In this document: piece after piece, positions 1-9,555 of the stretch
Layout of the letters: the number at the start of each line of letters is the position of its first letter
How positions within the stretch are numbered: position 1 is the stretch's first letter
Source of the DNA: a bacterium
Lineage (GTDB): Bacteria > Cyanobacteriota > Vampirovibrionia > Gastranaerophilales > Gastranaerophilaceae
Assembly (NCBI GenBank): GCA_017559905.1
Contig: JAFYQF010000023.1
Span: forward strand, 1 to 64,000
Length of the DNA: 64,000 nucleotides
Direction of reading: 5' to 3'
Notes under the pieces: model-generated
Seen by the model: the letters and a program-made list of their open reading frames with translations, nothing else
Told to the model about the DNA's origin: nothing
Database searches by the model: none
Position numbers and translations under genes: made by a program

Positions 1-411
1 CGTTTAATCACTACTAAACTCAACCCAAGCGAATTAACTCACTTCGTTCAAACAAAATTCGCTTTGCTGTTGTTTCGTTAAGTAGTGATTAAAATAATAA
101 AATATATAAAAAGTGGCGATAGTGAAGTGAGCAATAATTGTAGGCGAAACAAATAACAAAGGCTGATTTTGTTTGAGCGTTCTTTTTTTTTGCGATTCTT
201 CACATCGTTCAGAATGACACACCAGCGAGTTAATCAGCCTTAAGTTGAGCCGTACAAATTATTAGCGAACGAAACGTGCCACTGGTTTTGGATACTTTTG
301 CCACCAAAAGTATCCCCGTCTGGAAGACCCGCCGGAGGCTTTAATTTAAAAATGATTTTTAGTTAAATAACATATCTTATGTAAAATTATAGAAATAAAA
401 TTTACAAAAGG

Positions 412-419
412 TGTATAAT
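412..419 (+). promoter_or_regulatory. Extended -10 promoter element (TGTATAAT) upstream of the 459 membrane-protein gene
   Basis: TGnTATAAT motif sits ~40 nt upstream of the ATG at 459. No well-spaced -35 was found. Confidence 0.3.
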
Positions 420-458
420 ATCATATACTAACAAATGTAATTTAGAGGGGAATGAACT

Positions 459-1505
459 ATGAATTTCAGTGAAAAAGACCTTTTATTAGCTCAACAAAAA
501 GGTATCATTAACGCAGAAACATTTGAAGAATTAATTAAACTTTTTAACGAAAATAAAAACCAAGAAAATTTTCCTGAAACTACAAAATTAAAAAAGAAAT
601 TTACGCTAGAAAATTTCTTATATTATTTCGGCGCAATGTTAATTATATGCACAATGGGTTGGTACTTGGGAAACATTTGGGACTCATTTGGACACGGCGG
701 TCTACTGGTAATATGTATTTTATATTTCTTACTATTTACAGTAATCGGAAACTTTTTATGGCGCAAAAACAAAACAACACCTGGCGGACTTCTGTATACT
801 TGTGCAGTAAGCGTAGTTCCTTTAGCTGTTTGGGCTTTTCAATCACTCGTAGGTATTATGCCTAAAAGCATGGACGATTACAAAGATTTTCACACCTTTA
901 TAAGAGCCGGTTGGATATTTATGGAACTTGCAACAATTGCGGTTGGCATTTTGTTCTTAAAGTATAGAAAATTCCCATTCCTAACTCTTCCAATATGCTA
1001 TGCAACTTGGTATTTAGCAATGGATATCGTACCAATTTGTTTAGGACAACTACATAACGCACCAACTTGGGGAATGAGGAATTTTGCGACTTTTGTCTTT
1101 GCACTTATTCTACTAGGAACAGCAATCAAATTTGACAAAAATTTCAAAGAGGATTTTTCTGGTTGGTTATATATATTCGGCTCTACCATGTTATGGGGCG
1201 TAATACTTTCAATAATGGGACAATTCCGTTGGGATAATGAACCTGTTTACTTTTTATTCGCATTATTTTGTATAGCATATATGGTAACAAGTATACTTGT
1301 TCAACGAAAAGTATTTATGGTATGGGGTGCTATTGGAGTTATTGGTTATTTGGGACACCTTGCCTACGACATTTTTGAAGATTCACCAATATTTCCACTA
1401 GTCATTGTTGCAATTGGATTGGCAATAATTTTTTCAGGAATATACTATACTAAAAATTGTGACAAAATAGAAAAAACTTTAAGAAAAATTATTTTTGGTA
1501 AATAA
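459..1505 (+). CDS. Multi-pass integral membrane protein, function unknown
   Basis: 348-aa ORF with a GGGGAA RBS before the ATG. It has a soluble N-terminal ~60 aa followed by many hydrophobic helices. Confidence 0.6.
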   Translation: MNFSEKDLLLAQQKGIINAETFEELIKLFNENKNQENFPETTKLKKKFTLENFLYYFGAMLIICTMGWYLGNIWDSFGHGGLLVICILYFLLFTVIGNFLWRKNKTTPGGLLYTCAVSVVPLAVWAFQSLVGIMPKSMDDYKDFHTFIRAGWIFMELATIAVGILFLKYRKFPFLTLPICYATWYLAMDIVPICLGQLHNAPTWGMRNFATFVFALILLGTAIKFDKNFKEDFSGWLYIFGSTMLWGVILSIMGQFRWDNEPVYFLFALFCIAYMVTSILVQRKVFMVWGAIGVIGYLGHLAYDIFEDSPIFPLVIVAIGLAIIFSGIYYTKNCDKIEKTLRKIIFGK

Positions 1506-1531
1506 TAACAGACCTATAACAAGGAGAAAAA

Positions 1532-2047
1532 ATGGCAGATAAAATTATAATTTTTTCAGGCAAACAATTTTCAGGAAAAGACACTGCAGCAAAAATTTTA
1601 CTAGAAGCGATGCCTGAATATAGACGATGTGCAATGGGTGACATCATAAAATTAACCTACGGGAAAGAAAAAGGATTAACTTATGACGAAATAGAAAAAA
1701 ACAAACCTATTTATAGACAAGATTTAATCAATCTTGGAAACTGGGGCAGAGCACAAGACCCTGATTATTGGTTAAACAAAATCGTAGAACAAGATGGGAA
1801 TATTGTAGTAACAGACGTTAGAGTTGAACACGAATACGAAGTTTTCAAATCAGCAGGCGCTATCACAATTAGGGTAGAAGCATCAAGAGAAACCCGCTCT
1901 AAAAGAGGTGAGCTTGTAGGAGAAACTGATATCACAGAAGTTGGACTTGACCATATAAAAGATTGGGATTTCGTTATTGATAACAATTCTGATTACGAAA
2001 ATTTAACAGCACAAGTTAATAAAATAATAGAAAAAATCTCCCAGTAA
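1532..2047 (+). CDS. P-loop nucleotide kinase, T4 dNMP-kinase-like
   Basis: N-terminal 'IIFSGKQFSGKDT' matches the T4 gp1 dNMP kinase Walker-A signature (LSGVKRSGKDT). A GGAGAA RBS precedes the ATG. Confidence 0.5.
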   Translation: MADKIIIFSGKQFSGKDTAAKILLEAMPEYRRCAMGDIIKLTYGKEKGLTYDEIEKNKPIYRQDLINLGNWGRAQDPDYWLNKIVEQDGNIVVTDVRVEHEYEVFKSAGAITIRVEASRETRSKRGELVGETDITEVGLDHIKDWDFVIDNNSDYENLTAQVNKIIEKISQ

Positions 2048-2063
2048 TTTGGGAGATTTTTTA
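2036..2063. terminator. Bidirectional intrinsic terminator between convergent genes
   Basis: Hairpin atctccca/tgggagat followed by a TTTTTT run. Confidence 0.6.
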
Positions 2064-2088
2064 TAAGTAGATTAGAATATATTTAAAC

Positions 2089-2790
2089 TTATACCATACC
2101 TTCTTTAACTGCTTTTACTGCAGCCTGAACACGGTCATTAACGCACATTTTTTGTAGAATCGAACAAACGTGAGCTTTTGCAGTATGAACACTTACAATC
2201 AATTCTTTTGCAATTTCCGTATTACTTTTACCGGTAACAAGATGTTTTAGAACTTCAAATTCTCTTTCCGTTAGAGGAACTCGACCCTCAGCTTGAGTTT
2301 TACTTGGTAAAAAGCCAATATTTTCAACTTTAGGGAACGCATTAAGAGCCAATCGAGCAACCATTGGGTCAATCCAACAAACACCAGTTGAAACATCTCT
2401 GACAACATCAGCTAATTTTGTTGGATCAATATCTTTTAAGCAATATGCGCTGGCACCTGAACTTAATGCTGCAATAACTTCTTCTTCTCTATCGTGTGAT
2501 GTTAAAGCAATTGTTTTAATTTCAGGAGCAAATTCTCTAATTTTTAACATTGCTTCGATACCATTCATTCCTGGCAAACCCAAATCCATCAACACAACGT
2601 CAGGTATTAAGCTTTCAATCATTTTTAAACCATCAATCGCATTTTCAGATTCAGCAACAACTTCAATATCACTATTTTCATTTAACGCACAACGTAATCC
2701 TACTCTTGTTAATTTAAAATCTTCGACAATAATAACTTTAATCACTTTAGATGCACTTGTGGATTGTGTTTTAGAAATACTTTCTACCAT
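2089..2790 (-). CDS. Two-component response regulator, NarL/LuxR family (REC + HTH_LuxR)
   Basis: The receiver domain shows 'VIIVEDFKLTRVGL...DVVLMDLGLPGMNG'. The C-terminus carries the LuxR helix-turn-helix 'LTEREFEVLKHLVTGKSNTEIAKEL'. Confidence 0.8.
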   Translation of the reverse strand: MVESISKTQSTSASKVIKVIIVEDFKLTRVGLRCALNENSDIEVVAESENAIDGLKMIESLIPDVVLMDLGLPGMNGIEAMLKIREFAPEIKTIALTSHDREEEVIAALSSGASAYCLKDIDPTKLADVVRDVSTGVCWIDPMVARLALNAFPKVENIGFLPSKTQAEGRVPLTEREFEVLKHLVTGKSNTEIAKELIVSVHTAKAHVCSILQKMCVNDRVQAAVKAVKEGMV

Positions 2791-2985
2791 TTTTACCTCA
2801 ATCGATTCACGATTCTCACTTTTGATATTATCCTACCTTCATTTAACAATCTAGATTAAATAATAGTTAAGTTTATTAATCTATTAGCCACTAGAGTGAT
2901 ATAGTAAAAATAAACAAATATTTTTTTGCGCATTTTTTTGCTTGTGATATAATCCTGTGGTAAACAGATTTGAGGGAGTGTATTA

Positions 2986-5310
2986 ATGCTAGAATTTTTA
3001 TTCGGGAAAAAGAAGAAAAATCCTCCGAAAGTAATAAGAATAAACGACATTTACCATAAACTATCAGAGCATTTTAAAGTAGAAGAAATTTCTGAAGAAA
3101 GAAAAAAAGAATTAAGAACAATCATGTTAACACATGGTTATTTAAACTACCCATACGCAAAGGCATTAAACGAAATCACTGACGCTGAAGTCCTTTACTC
3201 TCTTCAATTTAAGTGGTTAGACAACCATATTTTCAACGAAGACAAATTCAGATTTGAAAACGATAAAATCAGCGCTCTTGCAAGAAACAAAATAAAAAAC
3301 TCTGACTGGATTAAAAAAGAGGGCCATGACATTAAACTTATCAACCTTGCAGGACTGAAAGACGGAAACAAGACAAAAGAAACTGGCAAGTTTATGGATT
3401 GGTTACGCCAATTACTTATATTGCCAACTGGAAACTTGGCAAATGATATATTTAACACAACAATATACTTAATTCCGTTCCACCCAAGAGAATTTGGTTG
3501 CGCTTATCTTCCAAAAAGTAGCGAAGTAAGTGAAAAACTTTTTGATAAAAATATTTTTGAAATAACAGGAATGGACGCAAAAGAACAAGTCCAAACATTT
3601 ATAACACTTGCACAACTTGCAGGTCACCCTGTAATTTATGACATACTGCCACAAACAGGAAGATTTTCTAAAGCGGTTTTGGCTACTCCAGAAATTGCTC
3701 GCTGGTATGATATAGAGGAATTAATAAAATTATTAAAATCACACACTGACAAAATCGCAAACAACCCAGAACAATTACTAGACAAACTAAAAGAAATGGG
3801 TATTGAAAACTGCGACAGCGATGATATCGAAGTTGTAAAAAACTTATATATCCAAACCTTAAACGGAAGTGCAGGAGAAATAACAGCACACTATCAAAAA
3901 ATTTACAACGCATTTGAAAAATTTCTTGCTGATTATAAAAAAGAAATTTCAGATAATATGCTAATGAAAGACAATCAAAAGAAATTACACAAAAGAGTGC
4001 GAGAAATTGTTGCCAAAATTCTTGAAGTTAAAAACGGCAAAAAGCTTAATGAAAACGATATTACAAAACAAATTGATATCATCAAAAAACTAATTGAAGA
4101 AGGGCTATGGCCTGCTCCCGGTGGAGCTTGGTGTTCTGCAGGAGTTCCTGTTTTTGACAAAATGAGTGATGGCAGAGATTATCCAATTTTCAAACACTTT
4201 AACTACAAGGGCGAAGACGTATCTTGCTTTGCAAACTTGGATTGTCAAACTCCATATTACTTCGCATATTTAGAAAATGGCACATATAATGAAGAAGTAA
4301 TTAAATACTTTGTAGATTATATGCAAACACTTCAGGAAGATTACAACTTTGACGGCTTTAGGGTAGACCACATTGACCACATTGTGGACACTGTTTCTGA
4401 AAAAGATGGAAAGCCAATCAGTTATAGAGCTCCTAGAGTAGTTTTGAACAGACTAAATACTGCAATGAAAAAGAAAATTCCATATTTTGGAACACTTGCA
4501 GAATACATGCTATGGGACGGATTTTTGAAAGAATACCATCAAGATATGAACTTTGACTTATTATGGGGTAATGACATTATCTCTCAAGCTTCAAAAACTC
4601 CTGAATGTATCGCAGATGATAATACAAACCTTTCAAACTACAACATCAACTACAAAAAAGGACAAAAACTTGCTATCCTAAAAACTTACAACAACCAAGA
4701 TGGTGAGTTCCGTGCTATTGACCAATACCCAGGACAATTAGGAGAACAGGGCGCTTTGTTCAAATGGTTCAAGTATAAGTTCCTACCTGGTGGCAAATTT
4801 GCACAACGCCCAATGCTATATGTTGATGGCGATGAAAGCTTTACAAAACACGGAATCGAAAGTGTTATTGGTGAAGAAGTTGCAATGGCTAGAGAAAACA
4901 ATTACGCTTTCTTCAAAAAATTTGATGCGATTGACAGATTTGTAAAATCTCATAACGTAATCACTGACGGAGAAGCTCAAGTTATATTGCAAGAAGATGA
5001 CGGATTTGCAGCATGGCTAATATCAAAAGAGCCTGTTAAATCTGCATTTTTAGTAATCGCAAACTTCAAATATCCAACAGAAAAAGTTACGAAAACAGAC
5101 GAAGACGGCAAATCATATTCTGAAGTAGAAGAAGGTGAACCTATTGAAAACAAAAAGCTTCAACTACCTGGAGAATTCAAAATCACGGCAGAATACGTTC
5201 TTGAAGAAAATGATTTTGTTAGAAAAAAAATAAAACGCAACGATAGCGAATTAACTATCCAAAAACTTGAACCGGGAGAATTTAAAGTGTTTGGTATAAG
5301 AAAAGGTTAA
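2986..5310 (+). CDS. Alpha-amylase-superfamily (GH13-like) glucan-active enzyme, tentative
   Basis: 774-aa ORF. 'FDGFRVDHIDHIVD' resembles GH13 conserved region II (GFRxDxxxH; compare GlgE 'DGFRVDNPH'). The rest of the protein is unassigned. Confidence 0.45.
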   Translation: MLEFLFGKKKKNPPKVIRINDIYHKLSEHFKVEEISEERKKELRTIMLTHGYLNYPYAKALNEITDAEVLYSLQFKWLDNHIFNEDKFRFENDKISALARNKIKNSDWIKKEGHDIKLINLAGLKDGNKTKETGKFMDWLRQLLILPTGNLANDIFNTTIYLIPFHPREFGCAYLPKSSEVSEKLFDKNIFEITGMDAKEQVQTFITLAQLAGHPVIYDILPQTGRFSKAVLATPEIARWYDIEELIKLLKSHTDKIANNPEQLLDKLKEMGIENCDSDDIEVVKNLYIQTLNGSAGEITAHYQKIYNAFEKFLADYKKEISDNMLMKDNQKKLHKRVREIVAKILEVKNGKKLNENDITKQIDIIKKLIEEGLWPAPGGAWCSAGVPVFDKMSDGRDYPIFKHFNYKGEDVSCFANLDCQTPYYFAYLENGTYNEEVIKYFVDYMQTLQEDYNFDGFRVDHIDHIVDTVSEKDGKPISYRAPRVVLNRLNTAMKKKIPYFGTLAEYMLWDGFLKEYHQDMNFDLLWGNDIISQASKTPECIADDNTNLSNYNINYKKGQKLAILKTYNNQDGEFRAIDQYPGQLGEQGALFKWFKYKFLPGGKFAQRPMLYVDGDESFTKHGIESVIGEEVAMARENNYAFFKKFDAIDRFVKSHNVITDGEAQVILQEDDGFAAWLISKEPVKSAFLVIANFKYPTEKVTKTDEDGKSYSEVEEGEPIENKKLQLPGEFKITAEYVLEENDFVRKKIKRNDSELTIQKLEPGEFKVFGIRKG

Positions 5311-5329
5311 TATTAAAATATTTTTTTAA

Positions 5330-5354
5330 GCGGAGATATCAATCTCCGTTTTTT
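5330..5354 (+). terminator. Intrinsic terminator
   Basis: Hairpin gcggagat-atca-atctccg followed by a T-run. Confidence 0.6.
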
Positions 5355-5408
5355 GTAAAAAATAGTTAAAAAATTGCGCTATCACAAGTCATGAGATAGA
5401 TTATTAGT

Positions 5409-7061
5409 ATGATAAAACAATTACGAATAAAAGATTATATTTTAATAGATGAATTAACCGCAAATTTTCACGAGGGCTTAAACGTAATAACTGGTGAGAC
5501 AGGTGCGGGCAAAAGTATAATGATTAGCGCAATAGACCTAGCATTTGCACAAAGAGTTTCAAAAGAAGTTATTAAAAACGGATGCGAAAAAGCAACTATT
5601 GAATTATCAATAGAAAACACAAAACACAATCTAAAACCATTATTTGAAGAAAATGGAATAGATGACTTTGGTACAGAAATTGTTTTATCAAAAGAAATCA
5701 CCCCTAATGCAGTCAGAACAAGAGTAAACGGCACTCTAGTTAATCAAGATTTCGTAAGAAATTTACGTTCATTATTTTTGGACATTCATTCGCAACATCA
5801 AACATACTCATTTCTTCAACCTAAATACCATATTACGCTTTTAGACACTTACGCCAAAGATGTTTATGGTACAAAGTTGGAAGATTACAAGAACTTGTTT
5901 AGCGAATACACAGCTCTAAAAACCAAACTTGAAAAAGCTAAAAATTCTGCAGACGCAACAGAATCTCAAATTGAATTTTTAAAATTTCAAGTAAACGAAA
6001 TTGAAACAGCAGAAATCAAATCAGAAACAGAAGATGAAGAACTAGAACAAGAATTGGAAGTTTTAGAAAACGCAGAAAAGCTTAAAGAGCTCACGGGTTC
6101 ATCATATTGGGCTATCAATGGTGATGACGGGTCAATATTAGAAGCTTTAGGCAAAATAAAACAAAACGTGTCAAAAGCAGCATCGTTTGATAACAAACTA
6201 GAAGATTTGGAACAAAGCTTAATCGAAAGTATTGAAAATTTAAGAGAATTATCAAGTGATTTAAGAAATTACAGCCAGAATTTAGACAATGATACAGAGC
6301 GCCTTAACGAGATTCAAGAAAGATTATTTTTATTAGACAAACTAAAAAGAAAATATGGTGGAACTCTAGCTTCTGTTCTTGAAACGTTTGAAAAACTTTC
6401 AAACGAACTTTCTAATATAGAATTTTCAACCAAAAACATTGAAGAACTAGAAGCCCAAATTCTAAATACTGAAAAAACATTAATCCAAAAGGCTTCAGAA
6501 ATAAGCGAACACAGAAAAAATTATGCAAATGTATTATCCGTATACATTGCTGAACGCCTAACTAAATTAGAATTACCAAAAGCAAGATTTGAAATATCGA
6601 TAAAAGAAAAAGATTTGTCAGCAGATGGGGCTGATGATGTTGAATTTTTGATATCAACAAACGTTTCGGAAGATTTGAAACCATTAGCAAAAGTAGCATC
6701 AGGCGGAGAAATTTCTAGAGTTATGCTGGCAATAAAATCAATTTTTGCTCAAACAGATGATATTGATACTGTCATATTTGACGAAATCGACACTGGTATT
6801 TCAGGGAAAGCATCCCAAAGCGTTGCAGAAGAAATACTTGAGCTTTCAAAATACCATCAAATTATTTTGATTACTCACCAAGCAATTATAGCCTCAAAAT
6901 CAAATAAACATTTTTATGTTAGAAAATCTCAAGCTGACGAAACAAAAGTTGATGTTTATGTATTAACTGGAGACAACAAAATTAAAGCTCTAGCTGAACT
7001 TGCTGGTGGAGAAATTAATGAACAATCAATAGAATTCGCAAAATCATTAATAGAAACTTAA
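5409..7061 (+). CDS. recN: DNA repair protein RecN (SMC-like ATPase)
   Basis: 550 aa. The N-terminus 'LRIKDYILIDELTANFHEGLNVITGETGAGKSIMISAIDLAF' is canonical for RecN, followed by a long coiled-coil and a C-terminal ABC signature. Confidence 0.85.
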   Translation: MIKQLRIKDYILIDELTANFHEGLNVITGETGAGKSIMISAIDLAFAQRVSKEVIKNGCEKATIELSIENTKHNLKPLFEENGIDDFGTEIVLSKEITPNAVRTRVNGTLVNQDFVRNLRSLFLDIHSQHQTYSFLQPKYHITLLDTYAKDVYGTKLEDYKNLFSEYTALKTKLEKAKNSADATESQIEFLKFQVNEIETAEIKSETEDEELEQELEVLENAEKLKELTGSSYWAINGDDGSILEALGKIKQNVSKAASFDNKLEDLEQSLIESIENLRELSSDLRNYSQNLDNDTERLNEIQERLFLLDKLKRKYGGTLASVLETFEKLSNELSNIEFSTKNIEELEAQILNTEKTLIQKASEISEHRKNYANVLSVYIAERLTKLELPKARFEISIKEKDLSADGADDVEFLISTNVSEDLKPLAKVASGGEISRVMLAIKSIFAQTDDIDTVIFDEIDTGISGKASQSVAEEILELSKYHQIILITHQAIIASKSNKHFYVRKSQADETKVDVYVLTGDNKIKALAELAGGEINEQSIEFAKSLIET

Positions 7062-7074
7062 ATAAGGAGGTTAT

Positions 7075-8361
7075 ATGAATTGTGTAAAATGTAATACAGA
7101 ATTAGAGATCTTAAAAATCAAGAGTGCAAATATTCCATATTGCAAATCTTGTAAAGGTATGTGGATTAAATTTCCATACCTACAAAAAATTGCAGAGCAA
7201 ATTGAATTAAAAACAGATATCGTAAACCCTGTTGATATGGAACCAATTAAACATAAAGAACCACCAAAAACTTGCCCTCAATGTGGACAAGCAATGGACA
7301 AAATTTACTTCAATGGTACCGTTGTCGATGTTTGTAAAACTTGTAATGGAATATGGTTTGATAATGGCGAACTTTCAAAATATTTCAGCCTATTTATGAA
7401 ACAATATCCACAAATAACAGATAATATAACTTTTTTGGACAAATATTGCGACCCTGACCTAAAAGAGAAACAAGCTATTATTAATCAAGAAATAGAAATC
7501 CAAAGCAAAGAAAGAGAAAGACGCGTAATTTCTTTTAACGGTTTTGTAGTTTTATTTTTGTTATTATTTTTTGGCTTAATAGGATTTGTTGCATCAGTAG
7601 CATTTTCACCAATACTAGTTATTTTAATACCAATATTTATATTATCACTTATGGGCTTTAAAGTAATAAAACCTCAAGAAGCAATGGTATTAACAGTTTT
7701 TGGCAAATACATCGGTACATTAAGAGGTGCTGGTTTTCATTGGGTTAACCCATTTGCGCAGAGTGTAACACCATTTATTCCCATATCATTGAAAGCAATG
7801 ACTCTAGACACAGGCAAACAAAAAATCAACGACGAACTAGGAAATCCTATAGAAGTAGGCATCATCGTAATTTGGGAAGTTCAAGATACTGCAAAAGCGA
7901 TATTTAATGTTGAAAATTACAAAACATTTATCGCAGCACAAAGTGATTCTGCCTTGAGAAACATCGTTAGAATGTACCCTTACGATGCGCCAGAAGACTC
8001 TGGAGTACAATCATTAAGAGGCGATAGCGCTGAAATTTCGCACAAACTTAAAACTGAAATTCAACGAAACGTAAGAGTTGCTGGTATTAACGTAGTTGAT
8101 GCAAAAATCACTCACCTTGCATACGCTCCAGAAATCGCAGTAGCAATGCTTCAAAGACAACAAGCCGCTGCGGTAATTGATGCTAAAAAAGCAATTGTTG
8201 ACGGTGCTGTTGGAATGGTTGAAATGGCGCTTAATCGTTTGAACGAAAACAATGTCGTTAAACTCGATGAAGTTGAAAAAGCTAAAATGGTGAACAACTT
8301 ACTCGTAACGCTTTGTAGCAACAAGGAAGCTCAACCAGTATTAAAAAACAATCTTAATTAA
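7075..8361 (+). CDS. SPFH/band-7 (stomatin/prohibitin-like) membrane protein with two N-terminal zinc-ribbon modules
   Basis: Two CxxC...CxxC pairs lie in the first 100 aa, followed by a TM segment and an SPFH-like region ('MVLTVFGKYIGTLRGAGFHWVNPF...'). An AGGAGG RBS precedes the ATG. Confidence 0.65.
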   Translation: MNCVKCNTELEILKIKSANIPYCKSCKGMWIKFPYLQKIAEQIELKTDIVNPVDMEPIKHKEPPKTCPQCGQAMDKIYFNGTVVDVCKTCNGIWFDNGELSKYFSLFMKQYPQITDNITFLDKYCDPDLKEKQAIINQEIEIQSKERERRVISFNGFVVLFLLLFFGLIGFVASVAFSPILVILIPIFILSLMGFKVIKPQEAMVLTVFGKYIGTLRGAGFHWVNPFAQSVTPFIPISLKAMTLDTGKQKINDELGNPIEVGIIVIWEVQDTAKAIFNVENYKTFIAAQSDSALRNIVRMYPYDAPEDSGVQSLRGDSAEISHKLKTEIQRNVRVAGINVVDAKITHLAYAPEIAVAMLQRQQAAAVIDAKKAIVDGAVGMVEMALNRLNENNVVKLDEVEKAKMVNNLLVTLCSNKEAQPVLKNNLN

Positions 8362-8373
8362 TACAACACACAA

Positions 8374-8402
8374 GAGCGGACAAAATGTCCGCTCTTTTTT
8401 AT
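8374..8402. terminator. Bidirectional intrinsic terminator
   Basis: Hairpin agagcggac-aaaat-gtccgctct followed by TTTTTT, between convergent genes. Confidence 0.7.
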
Positions 8403-8417
8403 CACCTCCCTGACCAA

Positions 8418-9425
8418 CTAATCCTCAATAAAATCTTTAAAATGCCTCAACTCCTCTTTTGCTCTAATTTTTGCTAATGCAATGTCCTCTAATTGCCTAA
8501 TTCTCTCTTTTGAATAGCCCAGTTCTTGCCCCAGTTTTTCTAACGTCATAGGAGTATAACCATTTATACCAAATCGACAATTTATAATCTTTTTCTCCCT
8601 TTCTGTCAATGTCGATAACAAATGATTAATAGAACCTCTCAAAGTTGAAGTTTTTATTTGTTCTTCTGGCAATTTGTACAACTTATCCTGCACATAATCG
8701 CCAACACTCAAATCATCCGTAACTGGAGTTTCCAAACTAATTGGTTCTTTTATAATTGATTTTTTAATAGCAACCAACTTTTTCAAAGGTATACCCATTT
8801 TCAAAGCTACTTCACTATCTGTAGGCTCTCTCCCCAGTTCAAAAGACAAAATCGTAAATATTTTTTTGTATTTGCGAATTTTATCAGCCATATGGACTGG
8901 TATCCGAATAGTCCTTGAATTATTAGAAATAGCTCGCATAATAGTCTGTTTTATCCACCAAGTTGCATAAGTTGAAAACTTAAAATTTTTAGAATAATCA
9001 AATTTTTCAGCAGCTTTAATTAATCCCAAAGAGCCTTCCTGCACCAAATCCATAAACAAAACACCTTGCCCAATATACTTTTTAGCAATACTTACAACAA
9101 GACGTAAATTTGCCTGCACAAGTTTTCGCTTTGCAATTTGAGCTTGCGTTGCTTTTCCTTCCTTAATTTGCTTGCCTAAAGATTTTTCTTCCTTTGAAGA
9201 TAACAAACTAATTTTCCCAATATCTTTTAAATACATTTGCAACAAATCATCTTCATTAGCAATCGCATTAAAAGTTTTAGGTTCTAACTCAATATTTTCA
9301 TCGTCACAATATACAATGTCTGATTGCAAATAATTAGTTTGCAAATCCTTGAACAAATCAACACTACTATTATTTAATTTCATACTTAAACCCATTAATA
9401 GCCCTCTCCTCAATAAACTATCCAA
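8418..9425 (-). CDS. RNA polymerase sigma factor, sigma-70 (RpoD/SigA-like) family
   Basis: The protein contains region 2 ('[54 protein letters not shown]'). Regions 3 and 4.2 HTH are also present. Confidence 0.85.
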   Translation of the reverse strand: MDSLLRRGLLMGLSMKLNNSSVDLFKDLQTNYLQSDIVYCDDENIELEPKTFNAIANEDDLLQMYLKDIGKISLLSSKEEKSLGKQIKEGKATQAQIAKRKLVQANLRLVVSIAKKYIGQGVLFMDLVQEGSLGLIKAAEKFDYSKNFKFSTYATWWIKQTIMRAISNNSRTIRIPVHMADKIRKYKKIFTILSFELGREPTDSEVALKMGIPLKKLVAIKKSIIKEPISLETPVTDDLSVGDYVQDKLYKLPEEQIKTSTLRGSINHLLSTLTEREKKIINCRFGINGYTPMTLEKLGQELGYSKERIRQLEDIALAKIRAKEELRHFKDFIED

Positions 9426-9555
9426 TTTTAAAGACGCTAATACCTAAAAAAAGTTTCAAACTCTGAATATTATTAAGTTTTATTAAGCCAAATTAAAGAT
9501 TTAATCACAAAATACCGTAAAGGAAAAGTGAGGGAAACAACGAAAGGAATTTGTC

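Noticed and set aside
1-330. tmRNA or RNase P RNA at the window start
   Set aside because: There is no T-loop (GTTCRANYC), no tag-peptide reading frame ending in a typical ...LAA stop, and none of the RNase P P4 consensus. I keep only 'unclassified structured region'.
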